From contig CAJOFY010000003.1 of NCBI GenBank assembly GCA_905233945.1, positions 155-64,154 on the forward strand: DNA of 64,000 bases, read 5' to 3'. A program made the position numbers and the translations under genes. Below, one piece after another: positions 1-10,662 of the stretch (position 1 is the stretch's first letter; each line of letters opens with the position of its first letter). The stretch is from an uncultured bacterium (GTDB lineage: Bacteria > UBP6 > UBA1177). Below the pieces are notes generated by a model. It was not told the DNA's origin, ran no database searches, and saw only the letters and a program-made list of their open reading frames with translations.

Positions 1-679
1 AAAAATTTCACCCGACACCTCGTTCATAGCGGCTTCAGGCAAGGACAAAATATACCTTGTTTCACGTGAAACATCCGAAATAAAGAGTTCTGCATGTGAA
101 AACAGCGGAGCGCAGAGCATAGATTTTTCTCCGGACGGGAAAAAAATAGCAGCGGTATGCGGCGACGGAATAACATTTCTTTCGGTTCCCAGCTTTAAAG
201 AGGAAGGAAAAATCGAAATCGAAGGAAGAAAGGCTCTTTCCCTTGAATTTATGCGGGATTCATCGCTTGTCGCCGGTTTCGACAAAGGGATTCTGAGCCA
301 CATCAACACCTTGAATAATTCAATCATGGATTTCACCGGAAAGCTTGATTTTTCAGCAAAAATAGCGGTTTCAGACAACGGACTCTTTGCCGCATCGACG
401 GCTGAAAACCAGATTGTAAAACTCTGGAACCTCCGTGATCACAAGCTCATGCTCACCATTTCGACAGACAAGGAACCGGCGTGCGTTCTTTTCGGCCCCG
501 AAAAAAATTCTCTTGGCATCTGTCTCGGCGGAAACGTGAGATTCTATCCGCTTGATGTTCCCGATCTCGAACTGCCGCCGGCGGAACTGCTCCGCAAAAT
601 GGAGCTCGAAGCGGGCATGGAACTCAAGGATTTCTACCTCAAAACACTGACCAGCGAAGACATTTCGCAGAGGAAGTGA
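1..679 (+). CDS. WD40/beta-propeller repeat protein, C-terminal part (5' truncated by window edge)
   Basis: The frame is open from base 2 (KISPDTSFIAASG...FSPDGKKIAA...VKLWNL), with WD40-like motifs; the track ORF 251..679 is its tail. Confidence 0.75.
   Translation, partial: KISPDTSFIAASGKDKIYLVSRETSEIKSSACENSGAQSIDFSPDGKKIAAVCGDGITFLSVPSFKEEGKIEIEGRKALSLEFMRDSSLVAGFDKGILSHINTLNNSIMDFTGKLDFSAKIAVSDNGLFAASTAENQIVKLWNLRDHKLMLTISTDKEPACVLFGPEKNSLGICLGGNVRFYPLDVPDLELPPAELLRKMELEAGMELKDFYLKTLTSEDISQRK
58..73. promoter_or_regulatory. parS centromere-like site (perfect)
   Basis: TGTTTCACGTGAAACA, the canonical parS palindrome, inside the WD40 gene. Confidence 0.85.
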
Positions 680-735
680 CTTTTAGGAAAAATATGCTAT
701 AAAGCGGCGTTTTTTTGTCATTTTGAGAGGATAAA

Positions 736-1929
736 ATGTCAGTTGTCTCTTCTATCGAAACCCCTAAAACCAACTTAAACAAAATAACTTTCGACGACGG
801 CAAAGTGCTCTATCTCATCGGCACGGCGCACGTTTCAGGCGATTCCGTCAAATTTGTCGAAGAGTGCATAACCGAATTCGAACCCGACACGGTTGCTGTG
901 GAACTCGACAAGAACAGGATGGATGCCCTCAAGAACCGCAGAAAATTCGAGGAAACCGATATTTTCGACATTTTCAAAAAGAAAAAAGTGCTCTTTTTCA
1001 CGGTTCAGCTGATGATGTCGAGCTATCAGAAAAAAATCGCAGAAAAAACAGGCTCGGCGCCGGGATCTGAGTTCAAAAAAGCGATTGAAATGGCAGAGGA
1101 GAAGGAACTGAAACTTGTCAATGCCGACCGCGATATTTCGGTAACGCTGAAAAGAACTCTCAACTCGATGACATTCAAGGAAAAGGCGAAATTCATCACC
1201 GGAATGCTTTTCGGAGACGACAAGGATGTTGACGAGAAGGCGATTGAAGACCTCAAGAAAGGCGACATGCTTATGCAGCTCATCGGCGAGATGCAGGACG
1301 AATTTCCCTCGCTCAAACGGACGATTCTTGATGAGAGAGACCGCTATCTGGCAGCAAATATAGCGCAGAATTTAGGCGAAAAAACTGTCGCAGTCGTCGG
1401 CGCGGCGCACGTTCCAGGCATTCTGCGCAGACTTCAGGAAGAAAAACCGGAAGAAGACAACCTTGAAGACATAAACTTTGTTCCCAAAGGCTCGAAAGTC
1501 ACGAAACTCATTCCCTGGCTTATTCCGCTTGTGATCATCGCAATGTTCATCTACGGATTTTTCAACGGGAACGCCCCCGACACGCTCGAAGCCGCAATGT
1601 GGTGGGTTCTGATAAACGGAACTCTTTCTGCACTCGGCTGCGCAATCGCTTTCGGGCATCCGCTCACGATTTTAGCCGGTTTTGTCGCGGCCCCGATAAC
1701 GAGCCTCAACCCGACGATCGGAGCTGGAATCGTCACCGGTTTTGTCCAGCTTTACCTCGTCAGGCCGAAAGTTATTGATTTACAGAACCTCTCGCAGGAG
1801 ACGACAAAACTCAAAGGGTGGTGGAAAAACAAAATTTCGCGCGCCCTTCTCGTTTCGCTCTTTTCCTCAATCGGCAGCTCGATCGGAACTTTTGCCGCAC
1901 TGCCGTTCCTTATGAAACTGCTGATGTAA
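736..1929 (+). CDS. TraB/PrgY/GumN family protein
   Basis: LIGTAHVS, VAVELD, ERDRYLA and VVGAAHVPG motifs plus C-terminal transmembrane helices. Confidence 0.85.
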   Translation: MSVVSSIETPKTNLNKITFDDGKVLYLIGTAHVSGDSVKFVEECITEFEPDTVAVELDKNRMDALKNRRKFEETDIFDIFKKKKVLFFTVQLMMSSYQKKIAEKTGSAPGSEFKKAIEMAEEKELKLVNADRDISVTLKRTLNSMTFKEKAKFITGMLFGDDKDVDEKAIEDLKKGDMLMQLIGEMQDEFPSLKRTILDERDRYLAANIAQNLGEKTVAVVGAAHVPGILRRLQEEKPEEDNLEDINFVPKGSKVTKLIPWLIPLVIIAMFIYGFFNGNAPDTLEAAMWWVLINGTLSALGCAIAFGHPLTILAGFVAAPITSLNPTIGAGIVTGFVQLYLVRPKVIDLQNLSQETTKLKGWWKNKISRALLVSLFSSIGSSIGTFAALPFLMKLLM

Positions 1930-1937
1930 CAGCGCTG

Positions 1938-4535
1938 TCAGCAGTTTTCTTCGTCGCTTTCTTTAAGGATGTCAAACAGCTGAAAAACAATATTCATCGC
2001 TTCGCGCGGATTTATCTTTTCGGGATCAATTCTTCTCAGAACTTTTTCGATTTCGCGGAGATAGTCGGGAACTGTGTTTCTGTTCCGCTCCTCAGTCATT
2101 GAAAAAATATCGGTCTGGAGCATAGAACCGCTCTCAAAGCGCATTTTGCGGTCGAAAAGCTCCATGTTTCTGAGGATTTTTTCGGCATTTCTGATAACTT
2201 CCTTCGGCATGTCGGTGAGTTTCGCGACTTCGACGCCGAAACTTCTGCTGCTGCCTCCCTCCTCCATCTGGTAAAGGAACTTCATCTTTCCGGCGTATTC
2301 TCTGACTGTCATGTGGAAATTCGCGACTTTGGCAAAATCCTCCGCAAGTTCGGTAAGAATGTGGTAGTGCGTCGCAAACAGCGTTGTTGCGTTGATTTTT
2401 GTTATGATGTATTCGGCAATAGCGCGTGCCAGGCTGATTCCGTCGTAAGTTCCAGTTCCGCGCCCGATTTCATCGAGGATTATGAGTGATTTTTCAGTCG
2501 CTGCGTTCAGAATCGACGCGGCTTCCTTCATTTCGACAAGGAAAGTCGACTCCCCTTTTGAAAGGTTGTCGCTCGCCCCTACTCTTGTGAAAATTGCGTC
2601 AACGACTCCGATTCTTGCGCTTTCCGCGGGGACAAAACTCCCGGTCTGGGCGAGAAGGACTATGAGCGCCGTCATTCGCATCAAAGTCGATTTACCGCCC
2701 ATATTCGGCCCTGTCACAACGCAGAAACGTCTGTTTTCGGAACCGATCGAAACACTTGCCGGAACATATTTCGTCTCCTTGAGGCACGCTTCTACAACGG
2801 GATGCCTGCCGTCAACAATCTCTATTCCCTCTTCGTCTGAAATCAGCGGACGGCAGTAGTTCCTTTCAACGGCAAGTTTTGCGAAACCGCCGAAAAGATC
2901 AAGCCACGCCGTAAATTTGGCCGCCGTCAGAATGTCGTCCTTGAATGAAGCTATCTCCGTCACTGTATCGTCGAGAATTTTAAGTTCCAGAGCTGTCAGA
3001 CGATCCTTAGCCGATGAGATTTTTTCCTCAAGCTCCTTGAGTTCCGCCGTAAAATAGCGTTCCGCGTTGACAGTCGTCTGCTTTCTGATGAAATAGTCGG
3101 GAACCTGCTTCTCAAAACGCTTGCTTATCTCGAAAAAGTATCCGAAAACTTTGTTGAAACTTACTTTCAGTGTGGGTATTTTTGTTTTTTCGCGTTCCCT
3201 TGTCTCAAGCGCGACGATGTGTGAGCGCGAATTGTGGATAATGTCCGAAAGCTCGTAAACTTCTTTGGAAAAACCAGGGTCAACGAAGCCGCCGTCCCTG
3301 TAAACAAGCGGAGAATCCTCAAGAAAGCGTTTCTGCCACGACACAACTCGCTCCTCTGTAAGTTCAAGGGGCTCTTCACCGGCAAAAAACGGCATTTTTT
3401 CGGGCATTGTCATAATATAGGAACGGAGTCTCAGCGCCGGAAGAAGCGAGCCGGCAAGCATCGATATTTCGCGCGGGCCTCCTCTTTTGACAAGAACGCG
3501 GCTGAGAATCCTCTCGAAATCCCTGATATTTCCCAAAGTATCCCTTATCTCGCGGAGCAGAACACTCTCTTCGTACAAAGCCGAGACGCAGCTCTGCCTG
3601 AGAAGGATCCTGTCGCAGTTTTTCAGCGGATTCTTTATCACTTCGGAAAGAAGCCGTTTTCCCATCGGAGTCTGGGTTTTGTCTATCGCCCAGAGCAGAG
3701 AACCGGTCCTTTCGCCGCCGATAAGCGTTTTTTCCAGCTCAAGATTCGAAACTGTGTTGTAGTCAAGAGAAGCTGTGTCGTTGTTTTTCCACTCGACCGG
3801 AAGTCTGAGCGGCGGAAAATTGCCGAAATAAAGTGAATCGAGATAAAAAAGAAGCTGCTTCAAAGAGGCGAGAACATTCCTGTCCAAGGTGCATCCGTAA
3901 AGGCTTTCAAGGTATTCGGCAGCCGGAGCCGAAGGAATCCAGTCGTCAAATTTCCGGCGGTCGAGCACTTCGCCCGCCACAAAAGATGAACTCTCCGAAA
4001 GAACAGTCTCCCGCGGGGCTATCAGATTGACAAGATCTGAAGCCGAAACATCGCTCGCAACAGCGTAAAACACATTTCCGCAGCTGACATCGACCCAGCA
4101 GAAAAAGGCCTCCTTCCTCTTGAAAAAAACCGAGAGAAGCCAGTTGTTTCTGCTTTCATTGAGGGAAGTTTCCTCGACAACCGTGCCAGGAGTCAGTATC
4201 CGCACGATATTCCGGTCCATCGTCTTTTTCGCGTTGTCAAAATTCTCGCTCTGTTCGCAAACCGCGACTTTTTTCCCTGCTTCAAGCAGCTTTTTGATAT
4301 AAAAATCGGCTGCATGCCACGGCACTCCCGCAAGAGGAATATCGGCATCTTTGTGGCGGCTTGTCAGGGTTATTCCCAGGATTTCCGCAGCCTCTACCGC
4401 ATCGTCGAAGAACATTTCGTAAAAATCACCCATGCGGAAAAAGAGGATCGCGTCGCTGTACTGCTTTTTCATCTCGATATACTGGCGCATAGCCGGTGTC
4501 TCAAGAGCTTTTTCCATCGCGGTTTTCGCTGGCAT
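1938..4535 (-). CDS. mutS: DNA mismatch repair protein MutS
   Basis: TPAMRQY, FFRMGDFYEMF, GPNMGGKST, GESTFLVEM, LDEIGRGT, FATHY. Confidence 0.97.
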   Translation of the reverse strand: MPAKTAMEKALETPAMRQYIEMKKQYSDAILFFRMGDFYEMFFDDAVEAAEILGITLTSRHKDADIPLAGVPWHAADFYIKKLLEAGKKVAVCEQSENFDNAKKTMDRNIVRILTPGTVVEETSLNESRNNWLLSVFFKRKEAFFCWVDVSCGNVFYAVASDVSASDLVNLIAPRETVLSESSSFVAGEVLDRRKFDDWIPSAPAAEYLESLYGCTLDRNVLASLKQLLFYLDSLYFGNFPPLRLPVEWKNNDTASLDYNTVSNLELEKTLIGGERTGSLLWAIDKTQTPMGKRLLSEVIKNPLKNCDRILLRQSCVSALYEESVLLREIRDTLGNIRDFERILSRVLVKRGGPREISMLAGSLLPALRLRSYIMTMPEKMPFFAGEEPLELTEERVVSWQKRFLEDSPLVYRDGGFVDPGFSKEVYELSDIIHNSRSHIVALETREREKTKIPTLKVSFNKVFGYFFEISKRFEKQVPDYFIRKQTTVNAERYFTAELKELEEKISSAKDRLTALELKILDDTVTEIASFKDDILTAAKFTAWLDLFGGFAKLAVERNYCRPLISDEEGIEIVDGRHPVVEACLKETKYVPASVSIGSENRRFCVVTGPNMGGKSTLMRMTALIVLLAQTGSFVPAESARIGVVDAIFTRVGASDNLSKGESTFLVEMKEAASILNAATEKSLIILDEIGRGTGTYDGISLARAIAEYIITKINATTLFATHYHILTELAEDFAKVANFHMTVREYAGKMKFLYQMEEGGSSRSFGVEVAKLTDMPKEVIRNAEKILRNMELFDRKMRFESGSMLQTDIFSMTEERNRNTVPDYLREIEKVLRRIDPEKINPREAMNIVFQLFDILKESDEENC

Positions 4536-4584
4536 AGCAACTCCTTTACTTATCAGATTTTTGAGGAAACAAGGTGTTCAAGGC

Positions 4585-5613
4585 TTAGGATTCCAGAATA
4601 TTGGAGATCGATTCCATATGGTTTATGCTGTAAACGACTTTCGCGAAGAATCTCGCGACATCGACTTCATTGTACCACGGATGGTCTTTCCGGAACTGTT
4701 CACCGCGGAAAACGGCGTTCGTGCCGGTAACACTGCGGACAAAACCGTCGGCGTAAGCCTTGTCGAGTTTCGCCACAGCCTCGCCGTTGAAGAACGGGAA
4801 AGTGCAGAAAACATCGATATTTTTAGCGCCGAATTCGTGAAGTTTCTGGCATGCCGCGATCAGTGTTCCGCCTGTTGCGATCATATCGTCGACAATGACA
4901 ACATCCTTGCCCTCGACGCTGCCTACCAGTTTGGTATCGACAACGGTCGAAGCCTTGGAATAATCGCGTTCCTTGACGATAAGCGCCATATCTGTCTGCA
5001 ATTCGCGTGAATAGTATCTTGCGGTTTCAGCCGAACCGACATCAGGAGCGACGACAACTGTATTTTCAGTAATGATGTTTCTTCTTTTCATTGAGTTCAT
5101 AAGCTGTCTCGATGCGTGGAGGTTGTCAAGACGCGCAACATGGAAGAAACCGGAAATCGCCTCTGCGTGGATATCGATCGTGAGAACTCTCGACGCACCG
5201 CTTGCCTCGATGAATGAAGCGACCATCGAAGCTGTAACGCTCTCGCGCCCTTTTCTGCGTTCCTGACGTGCATTCGGAAACTGCGGAATAACAGCCGTGA
5301 TCGAAGCCGCATCGCTGTTGTGGACTGCATTCAGCGCTGTTGCCAGAGCCATGAGGTTGTCGTTTACCGAATAAGGCGAAAGCGGATCATCCATAAGCTG
5401 GACGACATAAACATCCATGCCGCGGATTGGCTCGTCAATCGAAGTCTTGATTTCGCCGTTTGCGAAGTGCGTCTCGGTGCTCGGAATATAACGGAAACGC
5501 TCCTCAAGATGCTCCTTTCTGTATTTGTCCTTCAGATATTCGACCATTGCATCGGCAAAAACCTTGCCGGAATTGCAAGCAACAATACCAAGCTGACCAC
5601 GATCCGCACTCAT
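4585..5613 (-). CDS. prs: Ribose-phosphate pyrophosphokinase
   Basis: FANGEI, ARQER, DIHA, VAPDVG, IVDDMIATGGT. Confidence 0.95.
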   Translation of the reverse strand: MSADRGQLGIVACNSGKVFADAMVEYLKDKYRKEHLEERFRYIPSTETHFANGEIKTSIDEPIRGMDVYVVQLMDDPLSPYSVNDNLMALATALNAVHNSDAASITAVIPQFPNARQERRKGRESVTASMVASFIEASGASRVLTIDIHAEAISGFFHVARLDNLHASRQLMNSMKRRNIITENTVVVAPDVGSAETARYYSRELQTDMALIVKERDYSKASTVVDTKLVGSVEGKDVVIVDDMIATGGTLIAACQKLHEFGAKNIDVFCTFPFFNGEAVAKLDKAYADGFVRSVTGTNAVFRGEQFRKDHPWYNEVDVARFFAKVVYSINHMESISNILES

Positions 5614-5689
5614 TTTTTTACCTCCGAGAGTTATTCAAACAACCGCTGAAAAATACCGATTTTCATATTTTCTGCAAGTTTTAAAAGGC

Positions 5690-8140
5690 TTATTTTTTTT
5701 CGCGGAACATAAGTTCCTTGAGATTTTTTTCCTCGTCTTTCTCCATTTTCTGCTTTTCGTCTTCGTAGCGTTTTTTCATCTCCTCGGGCCTGAATTTGGG
5801 ATAATCCCTGATAATTTTGAGGAAATTCTGCGCCGCGAAGTAGTGCATTCCGCGTTTTGCATACATATTCGCCACTTCGAGCTGCCAGTACGGATTTCTC
5901 GAAACTTCGGCTGCCCGCTCCATATATTTGAAGCCTGTAGCCTGGTTCTGTGCGGCAAATTCACGTTTGGAAAGCCAGCGGTAGTAGTTCCCGAGGTTAC
6001 CTGAACTTCTTAGAGTCATGTTTTTGAGGCTGCTTTCGACAAGGTTCTGAGCCTCGGAATCAAGGTGGAGCGAACAGTATGCCGCGGTGAGATAATCGCC
6101 GAATTTCTGAGTCAGATCGGCTCCTTTCATGTAAAGGTCGAACGCCTCTTTGTAAAGTTTGTCCTTCTCGAGGATCATTCCGTTGTAAATAAGCAGCTGG
6201 CCCCGTTCGAAATCACTTAAATTCTTGTTTTCACTCTGTATTTTCCGAATCATCTCCAGAGCTTCGTCGTATTTTTTCTCCTTCAGCATGTTCCTGATGA
6301 CCGAAATGAAGAAAACATCCTGATTTTTATTGGCAAAATCAAGCGCCGCCGCGTTGCTGTCCGAAATTTTGAAAATAAACCTTTCGAGCGGCTTTTTTGT
6401 TGTTTCGTCCAGCGAAACAATTTCGGTTATCCGCTCCTGCAAACCGAAGAAAATCAGTCTGTCATAAATCGTGTCAAGCACTCTCGTATATTTTATGCCG
6501 GCAATTTCAAGAGCATGTTTAAAGAAAACCATCGCCTGGTCATAAGCACCTATGCGGAGAAGATAAACCCCGTTGATGTAGTGGCTGAAATAGTAGTTCG
6601 GTGCCTTTGCAAGCGCGGCAGAGAGCTCCGTTCCGGCAGAAACGGCAAGTTCACGGTTCCCTGAATTGAGTTTGTCGACACCTTTGCCCAGCGGAATTTT
6701 GAAATTTGCAGGCTGCATATAAACCGCCTCTTCGTAAGGCAGTTTCTCTCCTTCCGGCAGATAACCCAAAAGTCTCTGCCCACTTTCAGTTGCCGTAAAA
6801 ATCATTGTTGTCAGTGACAAAACCGCCAGACACGCGAGCGAAACTATTTTTTTGTTTCCGCGGATTTCAACCGGTTTAACAAGAAGCACCAGCACCAGCA
6901 CGACCGGAAAAAGTGTCGAGAAATTGTGGAGATTGAAATCCACCGTGTTGTGCATGACAACGAAAAAAAGTACCGCCATAAGGCCGTTTTTCCGCTTTGT
7001 CTCGCGCTTTCCCAAGATGACGAGAGCTGCAAAACCGGCAAAAACAAGGAGCGCAAAAAAGATTCCCGTTTCAAGAACAAACTGTATCGGCTCGTTTTCA
7101 AGCTCGCTCGCATAGCGCCAGAGATTCGACTGATAGTAAGAAAAAACCTTTGAAAAACTGCCCAGCCCCGAACCGGTGACAAAAAAATCGAAGAAATAGT
7201 CTTTTGCCCTCGCTATATCGTCAAATTTGTTGAAATAATTCTCCCGTCCGAAATCAAATTCCCGCTCGAGGAGCTTCAGGCCCGTCTGATAAACAAAAAC
7301 AAGAACCAGAATCAGAGCGGCGACAGGCAGATGGAGCCTGTAACCTTCCAGTTTTTTCGCCGACTTTCTGTTGATGAAGAAAAACAGTACCAAAGCTGCA
7401 AGATAAGCGGCTATGCCGCCGCGGGAAAGAGTTGCTGCGACCGCTGCGGAATGAAGGAAAAAGAGCGAAGCGTAAAAGATTTTCTTTCTCGGAAAATCGG
7501 TCGTGTATATCGAAGTGAGCGCGAGAAGCCCCGAAATTCCGAAGTATGCCGCAGCGTGGTTGGTGTTGATAAGTATCGATTCAATGAGAAAGCCACCGTG
7601 ACGCAGCCTTCCGTAAAGCCATGCGTCGGTCTGCAGGAACCTGAGAACGACAGAAAGAACTATCGCGACAGTCGAAATCAGAATCACCGTGTCGATCGTA
7701 TTCTGTTTCCACTTTTTGTTGCCCAGAAAAATATTTCTCGCCAAGATGCACGAAAGAAATATCAGCGTCAGCACCCGGAATACGGAATAAAGCGTATCTG
7801 TAACCGACATCGTGAGCGGATGCGCGCCTCTTCCCTCCAAAGTATGAAAAAAATAACCCTGTGGAGAAAGTATTTTAAGCAGCGCCTCCGGAAGCGGAAC
7901 AAGCTGCAGAAGCGCAAAAACGATTATCGCGGCAAAAGGAAAAACGACCGATGAAACGGCAAACGACTTTTTCGTTGCCAGCAGATAAACCGAATAGCAG
8001 AACATCGCGAAAGCGCCGATGAACATGATAACCAGATTGGTTCCGGTGTGTGAATAGACTCCGCCCAGAAGGAAAGGCGGCAGAACAAAAAAGATGCCGG
8101 AAGAAAGCATCAGAAACAAAAGTTTTATTTTACTGCTCAC
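5690..8140 (-). CDS. O-antigen ligase/Wzy_C family membrane protein with C-terminal TPR-like region
   Basis: Many transmembrane segments; NTNHAAAY, TLSRGG, GSGLGSF, HNTVDFNLH; helical C-terminus. Confidence 0.75.
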   Translation of the reverse strand: MSSKIKLLFLMLSSGIFFVLPPFLLGGVYSHTGTNLVIMFIGAFAMFCYSVYLLATKKSFAVSSVVFPFAAIIVFALLQLVPLPEALLKILSPQGYFFHTLEGRGAHPLTMSVTDTLYSVFRVLTLIFLSCILARNIFLGNKKWKQNTIDTVILISTVAIVLSVVLRFLQTDAWLYGRLRHGGFLIESILINTNHAAAYFGISGLLALTSIYTTDFPRKKIFYASLFFLHSAAVAATLSRGGIAAYLAALVLFFFINRKSAKKLEGYRLHLPVAALILVLVFVYQTGLKLLEREFDFGRENYFNKFDDIARAKDYFFDFFVTGSGLGSFSKVFSYYQSNLWRYASELENEPIQFVLETGIFFALLVFAGFAALVILGKRETKRKNGLMAVLFFVVMHNTVDFNLHNFSTLFPVVLVLVLLVKPVEIRGNKKIVSLACLAVLSLTTMIFTATESGQRLLGYLPEGEKLPYEEAVYMQPANFKIPLGKGVDKLNSGNRELAVSAGTELSAALAKAPNYYFSHYINGVYLLRIGAYDQAMVFFKHALEIAGIKYTRVLDTIYDRLIFFGLQERITEIVSLDETTKKPLERFIFKISDSNAAALDFANKNQDVFFISVIRNMLKEKKYDEALEMIRKIQSENKNLSDFERGQLLIYNGMILEKDKLYKEAFDLYMKGADLTQKFGDYLTAAYCSLHLDSEAQNLVESSLKNMTLRSSGNLGNYYRWLSKREFAAQNQATGFKYMERAAEVSRNPYWQLEVANMYAKRGMHYFAAQNFLKIIRDYPKFRPEEMKKRYEDEKQKMEKDEEKNLKELMFREKK

Positions 8141-8167
8141 TTAAAAACCTCTCATTTTACGGTGTTC

Positions 8168-8182
8168 GCCGGATTTTCCGGC
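8168..8182. terminator. Short intergenic hairpin
   Basis: GCCGGA-TTT-TCCGGC; no clear U-tail. Confidence 0.3.
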
Positions 8183-8207
8183 ATAGATTCTTCTGTCAAA
8201 CCTGCGT

Positions 8208-8816
8208 TTAATCGGAATTCTCAAGAGTTTCGTAAATTTTTGAAATAAAGACTTCAAGTTCTTCTTCGATGATCCCGCCCATTACGCGGACAACGTCAAC
8301 CGGCTTATTTCCTTCGACTTTCTGCTTTCTGTCAAAAGAGTGGGCAACGATAACGTCCGTTGTCTTGTAGTCTTTGAGTTCAAAATTTATCGCGACTCTG
8401 GCATAACTTTTTTCATCTTCGATCACTTCGTCAAGAGCAAGGATCCTTCCGCTCAGAACATAGTTGGGTTTCTTGTCTATCGTCAGGATTATATCGGAGA
8501 AAATCTGTCTCTTCGAGAAATGGTTGGAGACGAGGTCGGTTATCATGTCTGCCGGTTTCGAAGCCCAGAAGTGAGTGTTGTAGTAGAACATCTCTTCTAA
8601 AGACGTCCTGTAAACGAGATTGTATCTCTTGTAAACTTTGTCGGCGTCGAAAGCTTTGATTCTGAGAGTCGCATTTATCGGCTGAGACGCGCTTTTTTTC
8701 GGCTGGTAGTAAACCTGATAGTAGTGCTTGAGCGGCGCTTTCGACGAGAATAGCGAGCAGGAAGAAACTGCGAAAAGTGAAAGCAGACAAACGATCAAAG
8801 CGACTGTTTTTTTCAT
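8208..8816 (-). CDS. ABC-type transport auxiliary lipoprotein (PqiC-like)
   Basis: Lipobox VSSC, YYNTHFWASKP motif, directly downstream of an MCE gene. Confidence 0.8.
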   Translation of the reverse strand: MKKTVALIVCLLSLFAVSSCSLFSSKAPLKHYYQVYYQPKKSASQPINATLRIKAFDADKVYKRYNLVYRTSLEEMFYYNTHFWASKPADMITDLVSNHFSKRQIFSDIILTIDKKPNYVLSGRILALDEVIEDEKSYARVAINFELKDYKTTDVIVAHSFDRKQKVEGNKPVDVVRVMGGIIEEELEVFISKIYETLENSD

Positions 8817-9802
8817 TTCTTATCCTCTCCCGTATCCGAGTTGCCGCCGCCGAAAAGAGCCGACGGGTTTTCCATGATTATTCTCGTAAATTCGCTGAAA
8901 TTGCTCATTGCGTCGGAAAGGTCGTCAAGCGATTTGTCGATTTTGTCGGTACTTCTTTCAAAAGTGAGCTGCAGAGTATCGACCGTTCTCTGAGTCGATT
9001 CAACGAGACCGAACATTTTGTCAACCTTTTCCTGGACATTCGCCTCTTTGTAATCCTCTCTGAAATCGGCGACAGCACCTTTCATCATGTCGAGAGTCTG
9101 GGCAAGCGAACCTTCTTTCGACGTGAGCTCCCTGACATTTGTCGTGATCGATTTGACATTGTCCATGTTGCCGTTGAGCTCTTTCATAAAAATGTTGGCT
9201 TCTTTTATCACGCCGGTGATCTCTTTTTTGTTTTTTGCAAGAAGTTCGTCCAGCGACCCCGAAATTCCGTTGACATTTTTCATGATCGTTTCGACATCGT
9301 CCTTGTTGACCCCTTTCAGAGCTTCGTTGAACTGGTTGAGGATCGATTCGAGTTTTTCGGCGATGATCGAAGCCTTGCCGGTGATTTCGTCCCAGCCGCT
9401 TTTTTCGGAAGGAATTTCGCCGCCGACAGGAATGTTGGCTCCCTGACCGCCGCCTTTGAGTTCGAGGAACTTAAGTCCGGTGATGCCGATAGTTCCGAGC
9501 TGCGTCTTGGTTCCTTCTTTGATCGGAACGCCCGGTTTCAAACAGAAAGCGATTTCGACAACCGCCGTGTTTTCCCTGTCAACCGAAATTTTGGAAACTG
9601 TTCCGATGTTCATTCCCTGAAATTTAACCGTGGAACCTTCGGAAAGGCCGGCAACTGAAATGTCCTCGAAACGGGTTATATAGCAGTCTTCGCGTTTGAG
9701 CAGACGGTTTCCGATAAGAAGCGCGGTCAAAATCAGAATTACAGCGATTCCGAAAATGAAAAATATTGCGACCCGCCTTTTCTGAGCTGAAGTAACCTGC
9801 AT
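8813..9802 (-). CDS. MlaD/MCE family protein with coiled-coil C-terminus
   Basis: N-terminal transmembrane helix, VAGLSEGSTVKFQGMNIGTV, GITGLKFLEL, C-terminal NPSALFGG. Confidence 0.9.
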   Translation of the reverse strand: MQVTSAQKRRVAIFFIFGIAVILILTALLIGNRLLKREDCYITRFEDISVAGLSEGSTVKFQGMNIGTVSKISVDRENTAVVEIAFCLKPGVPIKEGTKTQLGTIGITGLKFLELKGGGQGANIPVGGEIPSEKSGWDEITGKASIIAEKLESILNQFNEALKGVNKDDVETIMKNVNGISGSLDELLAKNKKEITGVIKEANIFMKELNGNMDNVKSITTNVRELTSKEGSLAQTLDMMKGAVADFREDYKEANVQEKVDKMFGLVESTQRTVDTLQLTFERSTDKIDKSLDDLSDAMSNFSEFTRIIMENPSALFGGGNSDTGEDKK

Positions 9803-9912
9803 AGCACCCTCAAAAATTCACACGCGCGATTCTAAGTGTAAAAACCTGATTGTCAACGGTTTCTCGCTTTTTTCCGATTTTTCAGTATAATTTTCCGCTT
9901 TTAGGAGGGTTC

Positions 9913-10662
9913 ATGGGCGAAAGCAAGTGCTTTCTGAGTATGCACAAACTATTGGAAACAGCGATTTCTGATTATCAGATGATAAATCCGGGCGACCACA
10001 TTCTTGTCGGTCTTTCGGGCGGCAAGGACAGCTCGATGCTTCTCAGGCTTTTAGCGCGAAAAAAAGTGCAGACAACGAATGATTACAGAATTTCGGCTGT
10101 TTTTGTGAAAATGGGCTTTCCGAAAGACGATGAAATCTCGGAATATCTGCGCGGATTCACTGAAAACCTCGGCGTAAAATTCTTTGAAATCACAAAATCA
10201 CTCGAAAAAATCATGGCTGCCGAGAAAAAGCAGGCATGCTATCTCTGCTCCAGAACAAGACGCCTCTCGCTTTTTGATCTGTCCGACGAAATCGGGGCAA
10301 ACGTTATCGCTTTCGGCCATCACCGCGACGACTTCGTGCAGACTTTCATGATGAACCTCTTTTTCAACGGAACACTTGAGGCGATGAAACCTGTAAACCC
10401 GTTTTTCGGCGGAAAGTACAGAATAATCAGACCAATGCTTTACATCAAGGAAAGTTCCGTTATCGCCGAAGCGCATAACACCGGCCTCAAAATTTTCGAT
10501 TCCGGCTGCCCTTTCGGAAAAGTCTCCGAACGCGCCTTCATCCGCTCGCTTTTAGAAGAAATCTACAAACACGACAACACCGCAAAAAACAATATTTTCA
10601 AAGCCTTATATAATCAAAAGCCAGATTTTCTGCTGAAAGAACCGTCCAAGGATATTTTTTAA
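9913..10662 (+). CDS. ttcA: tRNA 2-thiocytidine biosynthesis protein TtcA family
   Basis: PP-loop SGGKDS, CxxC (CYLCSR), GHHRDD, IIRPM, GCP; AGGAGG RBS before ATG 9913. Confidence 0.85.
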   Translation: MGESKCFLSMHKLLETAISDYQMINPGDHILVGLSGGKDSSMLLRLLARKKVQTTNDYRISAVFVKMGFPKDDEISEYLRGFTENLGVKFFEITKSLEKIMAAEKKQACYLCSRTRRLSLFDLSDEIGANVIAFGHHRDDFVQTFMMNLFFNGTLEAMKPVNPFFGGKYRIIRPMLYIKESSVIAEAHNTGLKIFDSGCPFGKVSERAFIRSLLEEIYKHDNTAKNNIFKALYNQKPDFLLKEPSKDIF

